Origin: Chthonomonas calidirosea
GTDB taxonomy: Bacteria > Armatimonadota > Fimbriimonadia > Fimbriimonadales > Fimbriimonadaceae
Length of the DNA: 64,000 bases
NCBI GenBank assembly: GCA_945859975.1
Contig: CAMAPH010000002.1
Coordinates: forward strand, 32,001 to 96,000
Reading direction: 5' to 3'
Shown: positions 29,401-39,086 of the stretch, piece by piece
How the letters are laid out: every line of letters begins with the position of its first letter
Numbering within the stretch: the first letter of the stretch is position 1
Program-made: the position numbers and the translations under genes
The notes under the pieces: generated by a model
Told to the model about the DNA's origin: nothing
The model's input: the letters and a program-made list of their open reading frames with translations, nothing else
Database searches by the model: none

Positions 29401-31192
29401 TGACCGCGTAGTTGCCGAGAACGATGTCCTGCATCGGCGCACACGTTGGTCGTCCATCCGACGGGGTGAACAAGTTCTGGCTCGACAACATCAGAACTCG
29501 GGCTTCGGCCTGAGCTTCGGTGCTGAGCGGAATGTGGACGGCCATCTGGTCGCCGTCAAAGTCCGCGTTGTACATGTTACAAACGAGCGGGTGAACCTGG
29601 ATCGCCTTACCATCAACGAGGATCGGCTCGAAGGCCTGGATACCAAGTCGGTGTAGGGTCGGTGCACGGTTGAGCAAGATCGGGTGCTCTCGAATCACTT
29701 CTTCGAGACCGTCCCAAACCGCTGGGTGCATTCGGTCGATCATTCGCTTTGCCGTCTTGATGTTCTGGGTGATCTTCTTTTCAACCAGGGACTTCATGAC
29801 AAACGGCTTGAAGAGCTCGAGCGCCATTTCCTTCGGAAGGCCAGCTTGGTGCAGCTTCAAGTGCGGCCCGACAACGATAACCGATCGGCCAGAGTAGTCA
29901 ACTCGCTTACCGAGAAGGTTCTTTCGGAATCGACCTTCTTTACCCTTCAACATGTCGCTGAGCGACTTCAGAGGGCGCTGGTTGCTACCAACGACTGGTC
30001 GGGCTCGGCGGCCATTATCGATCAGCGCGTCAACGGCTTCCTGAAGAAGTCGCTTTTCGTGGTTGATGATGCTTTCCGGCGCGTGAATCTCGATGATCTT
30101 CTTCAACCGGTTGTTTCGGTTGATGATTCGTCGATAGAGATCGTTAAGGTCGGACGTCGCGAATCGGCCACCGTCGAGCTGGACCATCGGTCGGAGCTCC
30201 GGCGAGATGACCGGAACGGTGTCCAAGATCATCCACTCGGGACGGCTCTTCGAGGAGATCAACGCTTCTGTGACTTCAAGTCGCTTGATCGCGCGAGCTC
30301 GCTTTTGACTCGTTGTCATAACGACGTCCTGTCGTAGCGATCGGGCAAGGATTTCGAGGTCGATTCGGGTCAGGAGTTCCTTCACCGCTTCGGCGCCGAT
30401 GTTTGCTCGAACCAAGCTTCCAAGGTTGTGACCGAGCTGGTCGCCAACGCTGTAGAGCAGCTTGCTGACGGCTCGGTACTTGTCCTCGTCGATCAGCTGG
30501 TTCTTTTCGAGCTTGCCAAGGATTTCAACCGCGATGTCGAGATCCTTAAGTCGGTCGTCGGCATCTCGGTACTCCGCTCGAATGCGGTCGTTGACCGCCT
30601 TCGCTCGCTCGCGAGCGTACATTTCGTCGTACTCCTCGCGGTTGTTGTTCAAGTCTTCTGCGAATCGCTCGAGGGAGTCCTCTTCCAGCTTTCGCATGTC
30701 TTCCTGGATTCGTCGCTTTTCGATTTCAACGGCGATGCGAATCTGAGGAAGCATTTCGGAAATCTGCTCGGTATCGATATCGATGATGATAAAGCTAGCG
30801 AAGTAGATGACCTTTTCGAGCAGTCGCGGGGAGATGTCCAACAGGAGGGACAACGGCGACGGAACGCCCTTCAGGTACCAAATGTGGCAGACCGGAGCAG
30901 CGAGGGAAACGTGTCCCATGCGCTCACGGCGAACTTTGCTGCGGGTAACTTCGACGCCGCATCGTTCGCAAACGACGCCGCGGAATTTGATTTTCTTGTA
31001 CTTACCGCAAGAACATTCCCAGTCCTTTGTTGGACCGAAAATTTTCTCGCAGAACAAGCCGTCTCGCTCTGGCTTGAACGTGCGGTAGTTGATAGTTTCT
31101 GGTTTCTTTACTTCGCCGTGCGACCAAGAGACAATGTCTGTCGGAGCGGCGATACCGATGCGGATCTTGTCAAAAAGACTAACGTCTGCCAT
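26483..31192 (-). CDS. rpoC: DNA-directed RNA polymerase beta' subunit
   Basis: [47 protein letters not shown]. Confidence 0.99.
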   Translation of the reverse strand: MADVSLFDKIRIGIAAPTDIVSWSHGEVKKPETINYRTFKPERDGLFCEKIFGPTKDWECSCGKYKKIKFRGVVCERCGVEVTRSKVRRERMGHVSLAAPVCHIWYLKGVPSPLSLLLDISPRLLEKVIYFASFIIIDIDTEQISEMLPQIRIAVEIEKRRIQEDMRKLEEDSLERFAEDLNNNREEYDEMYARERAKAVNDRIRAEYRDADDRLKDLDIAVEILGKLEKNQLIDEDKYRAVSKLLYSVGDQLGHNLGSLVRANIGAEAVKELLTRIDLEILARSLRQDVVMTTSQKRARAIKRLEVTEALISSKSRPEWMILDTVPVISPELRPMVQLDGGRFATSDLNDLYRRIINRNNRLKKIIEIHAPESIINHEKRLLQEAVDALIDNGRRARPVVGSNQRPLKSLSDMLKGKEGRFRKNLLGKRVDYSGRSVIVVGPHLKLHQAGLPKEMALELFKPFVMKSLVEKKITQNIKTAKRMIDRMHPAVWDGLEEVIREHPILLNRAPTLHRLGIQAFEPILVDGKAIQVHPLVCNMYNADFDGDQMAVHIPLSTEAQAEARVLMLSSQNLFTPSDGRPTCAPMQDIVLGNYAVTFMSVEGRANLEEKVRLHKEDPLVNPAPPTYSGPDEVLYLMVAPGIEKRLPINELVHVRLKRPIFRPAEEVAFRDTETGVEYYKHTVVNEDGDESEELVAYEQEFETVVRTVTPGQLLVHGKLPYPLRHSDEYLNVELGKKALATLILDCNRVAGYGATIKLLDDIKDLGFKWATAYGISVAITDMDPPARREEMIGTADSKSNQITNQYRRGMLSYNEMTRQLTALWQETYDLVGKEIVNGLKQFNPLNIITVSGARGSIKQLAQLAGMRGLMLNQFNETIYELPVKSSFHKGLNMLEYFVTTHGARKGLADTALRTADAGYLTRRLCDVAQDVIVKAIDCGTSEGIQGRRIVDQGQTLEEIDERIHGRIALEIIRDPETGDHLTEYQVPITKDAAKRIKAIENKFVVEHNGAETEAEREAVVDRYRQYGFEYDEHGYLSVTIRSPLTCELHQGICSNCYGTDLSTGKLVEVGVATGIIAAQSIGEPGTQLTMRTFHTGGVAGSATIAKTNQYKTGKFIRQFMEDFAQATETDLKQFDPTKLLETQESIVKSLFKGKEAPLTIEATEVDPEDPKQKRKVERATKAALKAAEKADNDSRKMWEKSRKTFFYSWTGQSSGIVRVEEIFEARRQPRGKAIICPVSGMVRKVEESSFGRFVVVDSTVQVVGPLKDAYITDEQNWPQNEYGEYEGALQKLVGQKLSTQAVSVLKKLEIEKVNILYPILVPPSGNLPVKAGARVVKGDPLTYGPRDPHEVLELAGANAVYDYFVENLQSVYKSQGVDINDKHVEVIIRQMLRKRQVKEPGDTPFLPGQIVDRFTFQRANEAVRKMIAEGTKIRYEDPITGENVERDPKEANATWILLGITEASLATDSFLSAASFQKTTRVLTEAAVRGKKDTLVGLKENVIIGRLIPAGTGVKQYRDIAVDVQRGPSWAEQSLTTLVEAEEGELKASYDELAFPSLADMAADESDD

Positions 31193-31292
31193 TGCGTTCG
31201 CTCGAAATCCAAATCAAAACTGCCTTACCGAACCGCAACGAACCGAAAGGTTGAACGCGTTACAGTTGGCGAGCAAAATGACCGGAACATGT

Positions 31293-31322
31293 AAGATACC
31301 GCCTCACTTTGCCATTAAGCAA
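31293..31322 (-). promoter_or_regulatory. Putative sigma70-type promoter for rpoC
   Basis: Minus strand TTGCTT-N18-TATCTT (preceded by GG), about 100 nt upstream of rpoC. Confidence 0.5.
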
Positions 31323-31362
31323 GCAAATTCTTCGAGATCGTGCAATTGACGAAAACAAATGG

Positions 31363-31398
31363 AAAAGCCCTTACCTCCCAGAGTCGGGAGGTAAGGGC
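31363..31398 (-). terminator. Intrinsic terminator between rpoB and rpoC
   Basis: 13-bp stem GCCCTTACCTCCC/GGGAGGTAAGGGC followed by TTTT on the minus strand. Confidence 0.75.
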
Positions 31399-31412
31399 AA
31401 TCGGCAAGCTTC

Positions 31413-34400
31413 TTAATTGAAGAAGCCGACGGTTCGCGCCAGGCGCATGTCGTCGGTGTTGCCACCAGACAGTTCGTCAAGGTCCTTGAGCGGGAGTTCC
31501 TTGTTGTTCGCGTCCTCAACCGATACCTTCAGACCCAAGGATCGAAGTTCGTTAACGAGAATCTTGAACGATTCTGGAATGCCCGGCTCGGCGATGGTTT
31601 CGCCCTTCACGATGCTTTCGTACGCTTTGACGCGGCCGTTGACATCGTCCGACTTGATCGTAAGGAGTTCCTGGAGGGTGTACGCCGCGCCATAAGCTTC
31701 GAGCGCCCACACTTCCATTTCTCCGAATCGCTGTCCACCGAACTGAGCTTTACCTCCGAGCGGCTGCTGCGTTACGAGCGAGTAGGGTCCGATCGAACGA
31801 GCGTGAATCTTCTCGTCGACCAAGTGCTCAAGCTTCAGCATGTAGATCATGCCAACGGTGATGGCGTTCGGGAAGGTTTCTCCCGAAAGTCCATCCCGGA
31901 GGATGCTCTTACAAGTCTTAGGATCGATTCCAGCGCGCTCGAAGACGTTCTTCTCGATTCGGGACATCAGGTTGGCGTAGATTTCGTCCGAAGCGGCGTG
32001 TGCGGCTTCTCCGATTTCTGCCTCTGGCTGTTCCGGTACGAACGTTTCGAGATCGATCTCGCTGAGTTCGCCAAGCGACTTGACCGGCGTTCCGCCCACG
32101 ATTCGTGAAACGCGCTCAAGGCCGTTGACTCCGAGCTTTCGCAATCGGGCTTCAACCTTTCCGAGCATTTCGAGGAACGTGTCGTCCTTCTCGAACTTGA
32201 TGTCAAGCAGTAGCTCTGCATTGACGTAAGCCGCGAGAGCTTGGCCACGCATGTGGTTCGCCAATCGGTCCATTTCGCCGAGGATTTCTTTCTCGGATGC
32301 GCCTTCGAAGGCAGGGCACTTGTACTCGATTCCAAGGTGCTTGCCAACGTAACCCAAGTGGGTCTCGAGGAGCTGTCCGATGTTCATTCGGCTAGGAACA
32401 CCAAGCGGGTTGAGAACGATGTCAATCGGCGTGCCATCCGCGAGGAACGGCATGTCTTCGACCGGAAGAACCCGGGAGATAACTCCCTTGTTACCGTGAC
32501 GTCCGGCCATCTTGTCGCCGACCATCAGCTTTCGCTTCTGGGCAACGTAAACCTGAACCGTCATGTTCGTGCCGGCTGGCAGTTCATCGCCTGGAATCTG
32601 GAGCAACGGCTCGTCGGTTCGGTCGCAGACCAGTCGGTCGCGCTTCTTCGATTCCTTATAGATGTAGTTGATGCTCGGCGAGAGGTACTTGTACCGGCTG
32701 AACACCATGACATCGACGATGATTCCCTTTTCGCCGTGTGGCAATCGGAGAGAGACGTCGCGGGTTTCTTCAGCCTTCTTACCGAAGATTGCGATGATAA
32801 GTCGCTCTTCAGCGGTCATTTCGACCTGGCCCTTCGGTGCAACCTTTCCAACGAGAATGTCTTCCGGTCGAACTTCAGCGCCGATTCGGATGATGCCGTT
32901 TTCGTCGAGGTCCTTCAGTGCGTCTTCGCCAACGTTCGGAATGTCGCGAGTGATTTCCTCAGGTCCGAGCTTGGTGTCCACCGCTTCCGACTCGTGTCGT
33001 TCGATGTGGATCGACGTGTAAACGTCGTCCTTAACGAACCGCTCCGAGATCAGAATGGCGTCTTCATAGTTGTATCCGTTCCAAGGCGTGAAGGCCACGA
33101 GAACGTTCTTTCCAAGTGCGAGTTCGCCCTTGTCAACGCAGGCGCCGTCGGCAAGAGGATCCTTGTCCAGAACTCGCTGACCAAGGTCAACGATCGGTCG
33201 CTGGGTGAAACAAGTCGACTTGTTACTCTGCACGAGGTGCATCAGCGGGTACGTGTCAAGCTGACCTTCGTCCGTTCGAACCCGAATTTCCTGAGCGGAA
33301 ACGTACTCGACGACTCCACCGCGCTTGGCGATAACTGCCGCGCCGGAGTCAACGGCTGCAACTCGCTCGTATCCGGTTCCAACAAGTGGCTTTTCGGATC
33401 GGAGACAAGGAACCGCCTGTCGTTGCATGTTCGCGCCCATCAGAGCACGGTTAGCGTCGTCGTTTTCAAGGAACGGAATCAACGCCGTGGCAACCGAGAT
33501 GATCTGGGTCGGAGCAACGTCCATGAGCTCAATCTGCTCACGTCGGACGATTGGGTAGGACGCACCACCAACTTCAGCACCAGCGACTCGTACCTGAATT
33601 CGCTCGGAGATGATCTTCGCGTATTCGTCAAGCACCACGTCGGCAGGAGCAACGAACTGACCCGTCTCTTCCTGTGCGGTCAAGTAGATGATTTCGTCGC
33701 TGACCGTTCCGTCTTTAACGATTCGGTACGGCGTCATGATGAAGCCGAATTCGTCAACACGGGCACGGCTCGTAAGCTGGCTGATCAGACCGATGTTCGG
33801 GCCTTCTGGCGTTTCGATCGGGCAGATTCGGCCGTAGTGCGAACGGTGAACGTCACGAACTTCCAGCTTGGCGCTGGTTCGCTGCAATCCACCAGGTCCT
33901 AGGGAGGACAAACGTCGCTTGTTCGTAATTTCCGAAAGCGGGTTCGTCTGGTCCATAAAGGTGGACAGCTGGTTGGAGGAGAAGAAGCTCTTGATCGACG
34001 CGCTAACTGGCTTAACCGAAAGGATGATTCCCGGCAGCAAGTTCTCTTGGTCGGTCGAGGTCATTCGCTCTCGGGCAACCTTTTCCATTCGGACGAAGCC
34101 AAGTCGAAGCTGGCTCTGGAGGAGTTCTCCAACCGAGCGGACTCGCTTGTTTCGAAGGTCATCGATGTCGTCTCGTTCCGACTCTCGTCGAACGTACGGC
34201 ACCATGGCCTTCAGAATTGCGGCGAGGTCGTCGCAGGTCAGATTTCGGATGCTGAGCGGAATCTTGAGGCCGAGCTTTTGGTTCAAGAATCGTCGTCCGA
34301 CCTTTCCGAGGTCGTATCGCTTGATGTCGAAGAACAGGCCGTAGATCAGCTGCTTCGCGGCTTCTTCGTTAGCCGCTTCGCCTGGTCGCAGTCGCTTGTA

Positions 34401-35435
34401 GATATCAAGGACAGCTTCTCGAGCGCCGCTCGTTGGGTCGGCATCAATCGTGGCTTCGGCAAGCGAGTTCGTGTATCGAACCTTCAGCGAAGGAAGCTGC
34501 ATGGCTTCGATTCGCTTGGCCGTGGTCGCGTCGATTCGCTCTCCGCGCTTGACCAGAAGTTCGCCGTTGTCGAACAAATCTTCGTGAGGCCGGCATCCGA
34601 TCAGCTTTTCCTGATCTGGGTTTTCGAGAATGATGTCTTCGGTGAAGAAGCGAACGAGGTCCTCGTTGTTCGCAAATGGTTGCTCGACCTTCGTTTCGAA
34701 CTGCTGCTGCTCGGTAGTGAGCGCGTTCAGCAATTCCTGGCTGAAGATCGTGCCCACTTCGACAAGGATTTCTCCGGTCGAGGCATCGATGACCGACTCA
34801 GCAATTCGCTTTCCAACCGATTCGGACAGCTTGGCGGTGATTCGACCTCGGCCCTTTTCGAAGTAGTAGAGCGCCTTGATCATCTGCGTCAACGGCAGTT
34901 TCTTGGTTTGGCTGATCTGAGTTCGAACGACGTTGTTGGCGTCGCTGTCAACTTCGAGCCATGGGCCTTCGTTTGGAATAACGCGAGCGGAGACAACGAC
35001 TTGCATCGAGCTGTCCACGCCTTCTTCGAAGTACAGACCCGGCGATCGGCTGAGCTGAGAAACGATGACTCGCTCTCGGCCATTGATGACAAAGGTGCCT
35101 TTGTCCGTCATCAGCGGAAGGTCGCCAAGGTAGACCTCCGATTCGATGATGTCTCGTTCTTTTCCGCCAAAGCGAACAATTGCCTTGATCGGAGCTTCAA
35201 ACGTCATGTCGCGATCTCGACATTCCTGAAGCGAGTACTTAGGTTCTCCAAGGGAGAAGCTGACCAACTCGATAAAGTTGGTCATGGTGAAGTCGTAAAT
35301 AGGACTGAAAGTTTCGAACAGCTCAGGAAGTCCCTCTTCCAGAAACCACTTGTAAGAGTTAAGCTGGAGTTCGATCAGGTTGGGGACATCAATAAAGCGT
35401 CCAATTCGCTTGCTGGAAGGTGAAATGACTCGCAT
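31413..35435 (-). CDS. rpoB: DNA-directed RNA polymerase beta subunit
   Basis: GDKMAGRHGNKG, ETPEGPNIGLI, GGQRFGEMEVW. Start 35435 preferred over 35468, which sits 2 nt from a TAGTAT -10. Confidence 0.98.
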   Translation of the reverse strand: MRVISPSSKRIGRFIDVPNLIELQLNSYKWFLEEGLPELFETFSPIYDFTMTNFIELVSFSLGEPKYSLQECRDRDMTFEAPIKAIVRFGGKERDIIESEVYLGDLPLMTDKGTFVINGRERVIVSQLSRSPGLYFEEGVDSSMQVVVSARVIPNEGPWLEVDSDANNVVRTQISQTKKLPLTQMIKALYYFEKGRGRITAKLSESVGKRIAESVIDASTGEILVEVGTIFSQELLNALTTEQQQFETKVEQPFANNEDLVRFFTEDIILENPDQEKLIGCRPHEDLFDNGELLVKRGERIDATTAKRIEAMQLPSLKVRYTNSLAEATIDADPTSGAREAVLDIYKRLRPGEAANEEAAKQLIYGLFFDIKRYDLGKVGRRFLNQKLGLKIPLSIRNLTCDDLAAILKAMVPYVRRESERDDIDDLRNKRVRSVGELLQSQLRLGFVRMEKVARERMTSTDQENLLPGIILSVKPVSASIKSFFSSNQLSTFMDQTNPLSEITNKRRLSSLGPGGLQRTSAKLEVRDVHRSHYGRICPIETPEGPNIGLISQLTSRARVDEFGFIMTPYRIVKDGTVSDEIIYLTAQEETGQFVAPADVVLDEYAKIISERIQVRVAGAEVGGASYPIVRREQIELMDVAPTQIISVATALIPFLENDDANRALMGANMQRQAVPCLRSEKPLVGTGYERVAAVDSGAAVIAKRGGVVEYVSAQEIRVRTDEGQLDTYPLMHLVQSNKSTCFTQRPIVDLGQRVLDKDPLADGACVDKGELALGKNVLVAFTPWNGYNYEDAILISERFVKDDVYTSIHIERHESEAVDTKLGPEEITRDIPNVGEDALKDLDENGIIRIGAEVRPEDILVGKVAPKGQVEMTAEERLIIAIFGKKAEETRDVSLRLPHGEKGIIVDVMVFSRYKYLSPSINYIYKESKKRDRLVCDRTDEPLLQIPGDELPAGTNMTVQVYVAQKRKLMVGDKMAGRHGNKGVISRVLPVEDMPFLADGTPIDIVLNPLGVPSRMNIGQLLETHLGYVGKHLGIEYKCPAFEGASEKEILGEMDRLANHMRGQALAAYVNAELLLDIKFEKDDTFLEMLGKVEARLRKLGVNGLERVSRIVGGTPVKSLGELSEIDLETFVPEQPEAEIGEAAHAASDEIYANLMSRIEKNVFERAGIDPKTCKSILRDGLSGETFPNAITVGMIYMLKLEHLVDEKIHARSIGPYSLVTQQPLGGKAQFGGQRFGEMEVWALEAYGAAYTLQELLTIKSDDVNGRVKAYESIVKGETIAEPGIPESFKILVNELRSLGLKVSVEDANNKELPLKDLDELSGGNTDDMRLARTVGFFN

Positions 35436-35518
35436 AGGAATCGGGAGCGCACGGAGGCGAACATGCATACTACCGGGATTTCGCCCGGTAGCGCAACGGT
35501 TAGGACCCGATTTTTGGT

Positions 35519-35788
35519 TTAGCGCAGTCGCTGCTCAACGGTTTCGGATGGCAAAACCACCGACCGGCTGACCAAGTTATCTACCGCGATCGACTGCTGA
35601 TGAACGAGGCTGCGAAGTTCTGCGATTTCGTGCCGTAGGGCAAGCATTTCCTGGCTAGATTGGCGATTTTGTTCTCCGCCATGAATGAGTTCGGCCATTC
35701 TCTGCTGGTGCTTCGTAAGAATCGCGACCACCGGAATCAGCAGTGCGAGAATCGGGATCATGATGGCGACATTTTCGACAGGAAACAT
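35519..35788 (-). CDS. Small membrane-anchored coiled-coil hypothetical protein
   Basis: IMIPILALLIPVVAIL TM segment then coiled coil; TATAAT 10 nt upstream. Confidence 0.75.
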   Translation of the reverse strand: MFPVENVAIMIPILALLIPVVAILTKHQQRMAELIHGGEQNRQSSQEMLALRHEIAELRSLVHQQSIAVDNLVSRSVVLPSETVEQRLR

Positions 35789-35830
35789 GGCTCCGACGAT
35801 TATAAGGCATGATGCAGCCGCGGTGGGACT

Positions 35831-36550
35831 TTAGATTCGTCCTGCGGCAATTGCTTCCGGCAACGTGAATCGATTCTCGTACAGCGCTTTGCCAACAATC
35901 ACGCCTTCTGGCGCGGGATTTAGCTGTCCAAGTCCAGAGATATCGGTCAGCTCAGCTACCCCACCCGAGGCGATCAACGGCACCGAAACACCGTTCAAGA
36001 ATCGTTGCATCAGTTCAAAATTCGGCCCCTGTAACGCGCCGTCAGTCGCGATATCCGTTACGATAAATCGTCGTGCCCCGAACGATTCCAACTCTTGGGC
36101 AAACTCAATAAGATCTGCTGTCGAGGTCTCAAGCCAACCTCCGACTGCGACCTTGCCATCCCGAGCATCCAGCCCGCAGACCACCGATTCGCCGAGCTTC
36201 AGGGCTTCTTTCGCGAAATCCGGATCACGAACCAGCGCCGAGCCCAGAATGACCCGGGCTACTCCCGCAGCCAAGGCGGCCTCAAGGTGCTCGGAAGAAG
36301 TGATCCCCCCTCCCAGTTCAATCTTCACGCTGACCTCGGCGGCTATCTTTCGAATGACTTCCAGGTTCCGTGGCTGCCCCGCTTTCGCACCATCGAGGTC
36401 GACGATATGAAGCCACTCCGCGCCACCCTCAACGAACGACTGAGCGGTCGCAACGGGATCCTCGGAATACTTCGTAATCTGCCCGTAATCGCCTTGGTAA
36501 AGCCGAACGCAGTTTCCATCAATCAAATCGATGGCCGGAAGAATTAGCAA
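35831..36550 (-). CDS. hisA: ProFAR isomerase
   Basis: ILPAIDLIDGNCVRLYQGDY, HIVDLDGA, TDIATDGALQG. Confidence 0.96.
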   Translation of the reverse strand: MLILPAIDLIDGNCVRLYQGDYGQITKYSEDPVATAQSFVEGGAEWLHIVDLDGAKAGQPRNLEVIRKIAAEVSVKIELGGGITSSEHLEAALAAGVARVILGSALVRDPDFAKEALKLGESVVCGLDARDGKVAVGGWLETSTADLIEFAQELESFGARRFIVTDIATDGALQGPNFELMQRFLNGVSVPLIASGGVAELTDISGLGQLNPAPEGVIVGKALYENRFTLPEAIAAGRI

Positions 36551-37134
36551 CGCAGAAAGTTCTCCAATATTCGAATACCTACCGAACCGCTCTTCTCTGG
36601 GTGGAACTGGGTCCCTTGCACGTTCCCCCGCTTCACTGCCGCCGTAAATGGCTCACCGTGAAAGGCAGTTGCCGTAACATCCTGCGGATTTTCGCAGCGG
36701 GCAACCAGCGAGTGCACAAAGTAGACCTGTTCCCCGGCCTCGATGCCCTCAAAAATGGGCGAAGGTTGCGGAAACGCCAATGCGCTCCAACCCATGTGCG
36801 GAATCTTGATCCCCTCGTGTCGAGGCAAAAACTGAATCTGCCCGGGAATCAACCCGAGTCCTTCGTGGTGGCCAAATTCTTCGCTCGCATCGAACAGCAG
36901 CTGCATGCCCAAGCAAATTCCAAGAATCGGGACGCCATCATCTGCCAGCCCGCGAATCCCGTCGCGAAGCGGTAAGAGATGTTCCATCGCCGCGCCAAAA
37001 GCGCCAACGCCGGGAATGATGAGCTTCGTCGCACCGGCAACCTGGTCGCGAATTTCGCACTCAACATCAAGGGAACGGACCGCTTTAGCAACCGAACTCA
37101 GGTTGTTGATGCCGTAGTCCAGGATGGTTACCAC
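36544..37134 (-). CDS. hisH: Imidazole glycerol phosphate synthase glutaminase subunit
   Basis: PGVGAF, GICLGMQ, QFHPEKS. Confidence 0.96.
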   Translation of the reverse strand: MVTILDYGINNLSSVAKAVRSLDVECEIRDQVAGATKLIIPGVGAFGAAMEHLLPLRDGIRGLADDGVPILGICLGMQLLFDASEEFGHHEGLGLIPGQIQFLPRHEGIKIPHMGWSALAFPQPSPIFEGIEAGEQVYFVHSLVARCENPQDVTATAFHGEPFTAAVKRGNVQGTQFHPEKSGSVGIRILENFLRC

Positions 37135-37160
37135 GGCTGAATTTTACCGGCGATGCCCAA

Positions 37161-37763
37161 TCAGTCCCGCTTACCCTTGGTAGAACTTGAGCGTCGCTCC
37201 GACTTCTCCGCCGCAAATTTCAGCGCTCGTCCAAAGCCCTTAAAGATCGCCTCACAAATGTGGTGGTCATTCTCCCCTGCGATCTGATGAATGTGCAAGG
37301 TCACTTTGGCGTGCGTTGTGAATGCCCGGAAGAATTCCCGCACGCACTCCGTTGAGAGATCCCCAATCTTTTCACGCTTAAAGTTGACGTTATAGCCAAG
37401 AATCCCGCGACCGCTGATATCAAGTGCCACTAAGACTAACGCTTCGTCCATCGGCGTGTGATTGCTGGCGTAGCGCTGAATGCTCTTCTCGTCCGAAATG
37501 GCGTGGGCGAATGCCTGCCCAAGCACGATTCCGCAATCTTCGACCGTATGGTGATCATCAACCTCGAGGTCGCCTTCACACGTGAGTCCGAGGTCGACCT
37601 GACCATGGAAAGCCATGAGCTGCAACATGTGGTCGAAGAAGCCGACTCCGGTCGAGATGTCTTGCCGCGTTCCGCCATCAAGATCCAGAACCACCGTCAC
37701 GCGGGTTTCATGCGTTTCGCGTTCGAGTTCGGCGTAGCGGACGCCCGGTGCAGACTTTGCCAT
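37161..37763 (-). CDS. hisB: Imidazoleglycerol-phosphate dehydratase
   Basis: FFDHML, DDHHTVED, NDHHICEAIFK. Confidence 0.97.
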   Translation of the reverse strand: MAKSAPGVRYAELERETHETRVTVVLDLDGGTRQDISTGVGFFDHMLQLMAFHGQVDLGLTCEGDLEVDDHHTVEDCGIVLGQAFAHAISDEKSIQRYASNHTPMDEALVLVALDISGRGILGYNVNFKREKIGDLSTECVREFFRAFTTHAKVTLHIHQIAGENDHHICEAIFKGFGRALKFAAEKSERRSSSTKGKRD

Positions 37764-37997
37764 CCGTTAAATCTACTCTAACGCCCGTTTCCGAACGGGC
37801 CAGCGAGGCAAAAAAACGGGTGCGCTAGGAAAAGTGCTCGCCTCGGACTTCAACATCGAAGCCACTTTCGTCGAGACCCATCGGTCGCGCCCCCGAAAAA
37901 CGACAAAGGCAAGGGTCACAAACTCGCCGAAAGAACATCGTTGTTCCGCCTATCCGCAGGTCATTCAACCTGCTTCGTGCACGAGATTCGACTCTCA

Positions 37998-38116
37998 CAT
38001 CGCTTACGGAGTTAGCTGTCGGGTTCGGGTCAAGAGCTCCCCTAGCGGCATTTCTGCCTCATTCACCCCTATAAGTACGGTTCCCCCGCTCTCTGAAACC
38101 AGAGATTAAGCGCTTG
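37998..38116 (-). ncRNA. Cyclic di-AMP riboswitch (ydaO/yuaA leader)
   Basis: Minus strand reads GCGCTTAATCTC...GAGAGCGGGGGAACC...GGGGTGAAT...TAGGG...CCCGAACCCGACAGCTAACTCCGTAAGCG, with all ydaO consensus blocks in order. Confidence 0.9.
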
Positions 38117-38206
38117 GCTTTATCGCCATCAAAACTATACACGAAAGAAAAGGGGGCGATATCGGACTTTCTCACCCCGGCCTCGGCGGTATCCTCTGAC
38201 ACGACT

Positions 38207-39085
38207 ATGGCGATCCTTGTCGATAAAAACACCCGCGTTATCGTTTGCGGCATGACCGGAAAGGAAGGCAGCTTCCACGCCGAACAGATGATCCAATACG
38301 GAACGCAAGTGGTAGCCGGAGTTACCCCCGGAAAAGGCGGCACGACCCACCTCGACCGACCTGTCTTTGACAGCGTGAAAGATGCTCGCGAGGCAACCGG
38401 TGCCGACGCTGCGATCATTTTTGTACCTGGCCCTTTCGCCGCCGACTCCGTGCTCGAGTGCGAAGACGCTGGCGTTGAGTTCATCACCTGCATTTCCGAC
38501 TGGCTCCCAATCCACGACGAGATCCGAATGGTGAACCGAGTGCGCGATAACAACACCAGTCGCCTCCTCGGTCCAAACTGCGCCGGAATCATCACTCCTG
38601 GCGAGTGCAAGATGGGCATCATGCCCGGCAACATCTTTAAGCCAGGCCCGATCGGAATGGTTTCCCGCTCTGGAACCTTGACCTACGAAATCGTTTGGGA
38701 AATGACCCGAGCCGATCTCGGTCAAACCACCTGCGTTGGCATTGGTGGAGACCCGCTCCCTGGCACTCGATTCATCGAAGTCATGGAAATGTTCGAAAAG
38801 GACCCGGCAACTAAGGCGGTTGTCATGGTCGGCGAAATCGGCGGATCGGACGAAGAAGCCGCCTGCGAATACATGAAGTCGATGAGCAAGCCGGTTGTTG
38901 GATTCATCTCCGGCCGAACCGCCCCTCCTGGAAAGCGAATGGGCCACGCCGGCGCAATCATCAGCGGCAACACCGGAACGCCAGAATCCAAGGTGAGCGC
39001 GCTTCTCGAAGCCGGCGCATCGGTCGCAGACCGAACCAGCGACGTTCCTCGCTTGCTCCAAGAAGCCCTTGCAAAAGTAGGCTAA
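38207..39085 (+). CDS. sucD: Succinyl-CoA ligase alpha subunit
   Basis: [37 protein letters not shown]. Confidence 0.96.
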   Translation: MAILVDKNTRVIVCGMTGKEGSFHAEQMIQYGTQVVAGVTPGKGGTTHLDRPVFDSVKDAREATGADAAIIFVPGPFAADSVLECEDAGVEFITCISDWLPIHDEIRMVNRVRDNNTSRLLGPNCAGIITPGECKMGIMPGNIFKPGPIGMVSRSGTLTYEIVWEMTRADLGQTTCVGIGGDPLPGTRFIEVMEMFEKDPATKAVVMVGEIGGSDEEAACEYMKSMSKPVVGFISGRTAPPGKRMGHAGAIISGNTGTPESKVSALLEAGASVADRTSDVPRLLQEALAKVG

Positions 39086-39086
39086 T

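Noticed and set aside
26631..35423. Long plus-strand ORFs opposite rpoB/rpoC (28091..29656, 32241..33902, 34047..35423 and others)
   Set aside because: Antisense shadows caused by codon bias of highly expressed genes; no motifs.
37834..38109. 91-aa plus-strand ORF between hisB and sucD
   Set aside because: Antisense to the c-di-AMP riboswitch, with no recognisable protein features.
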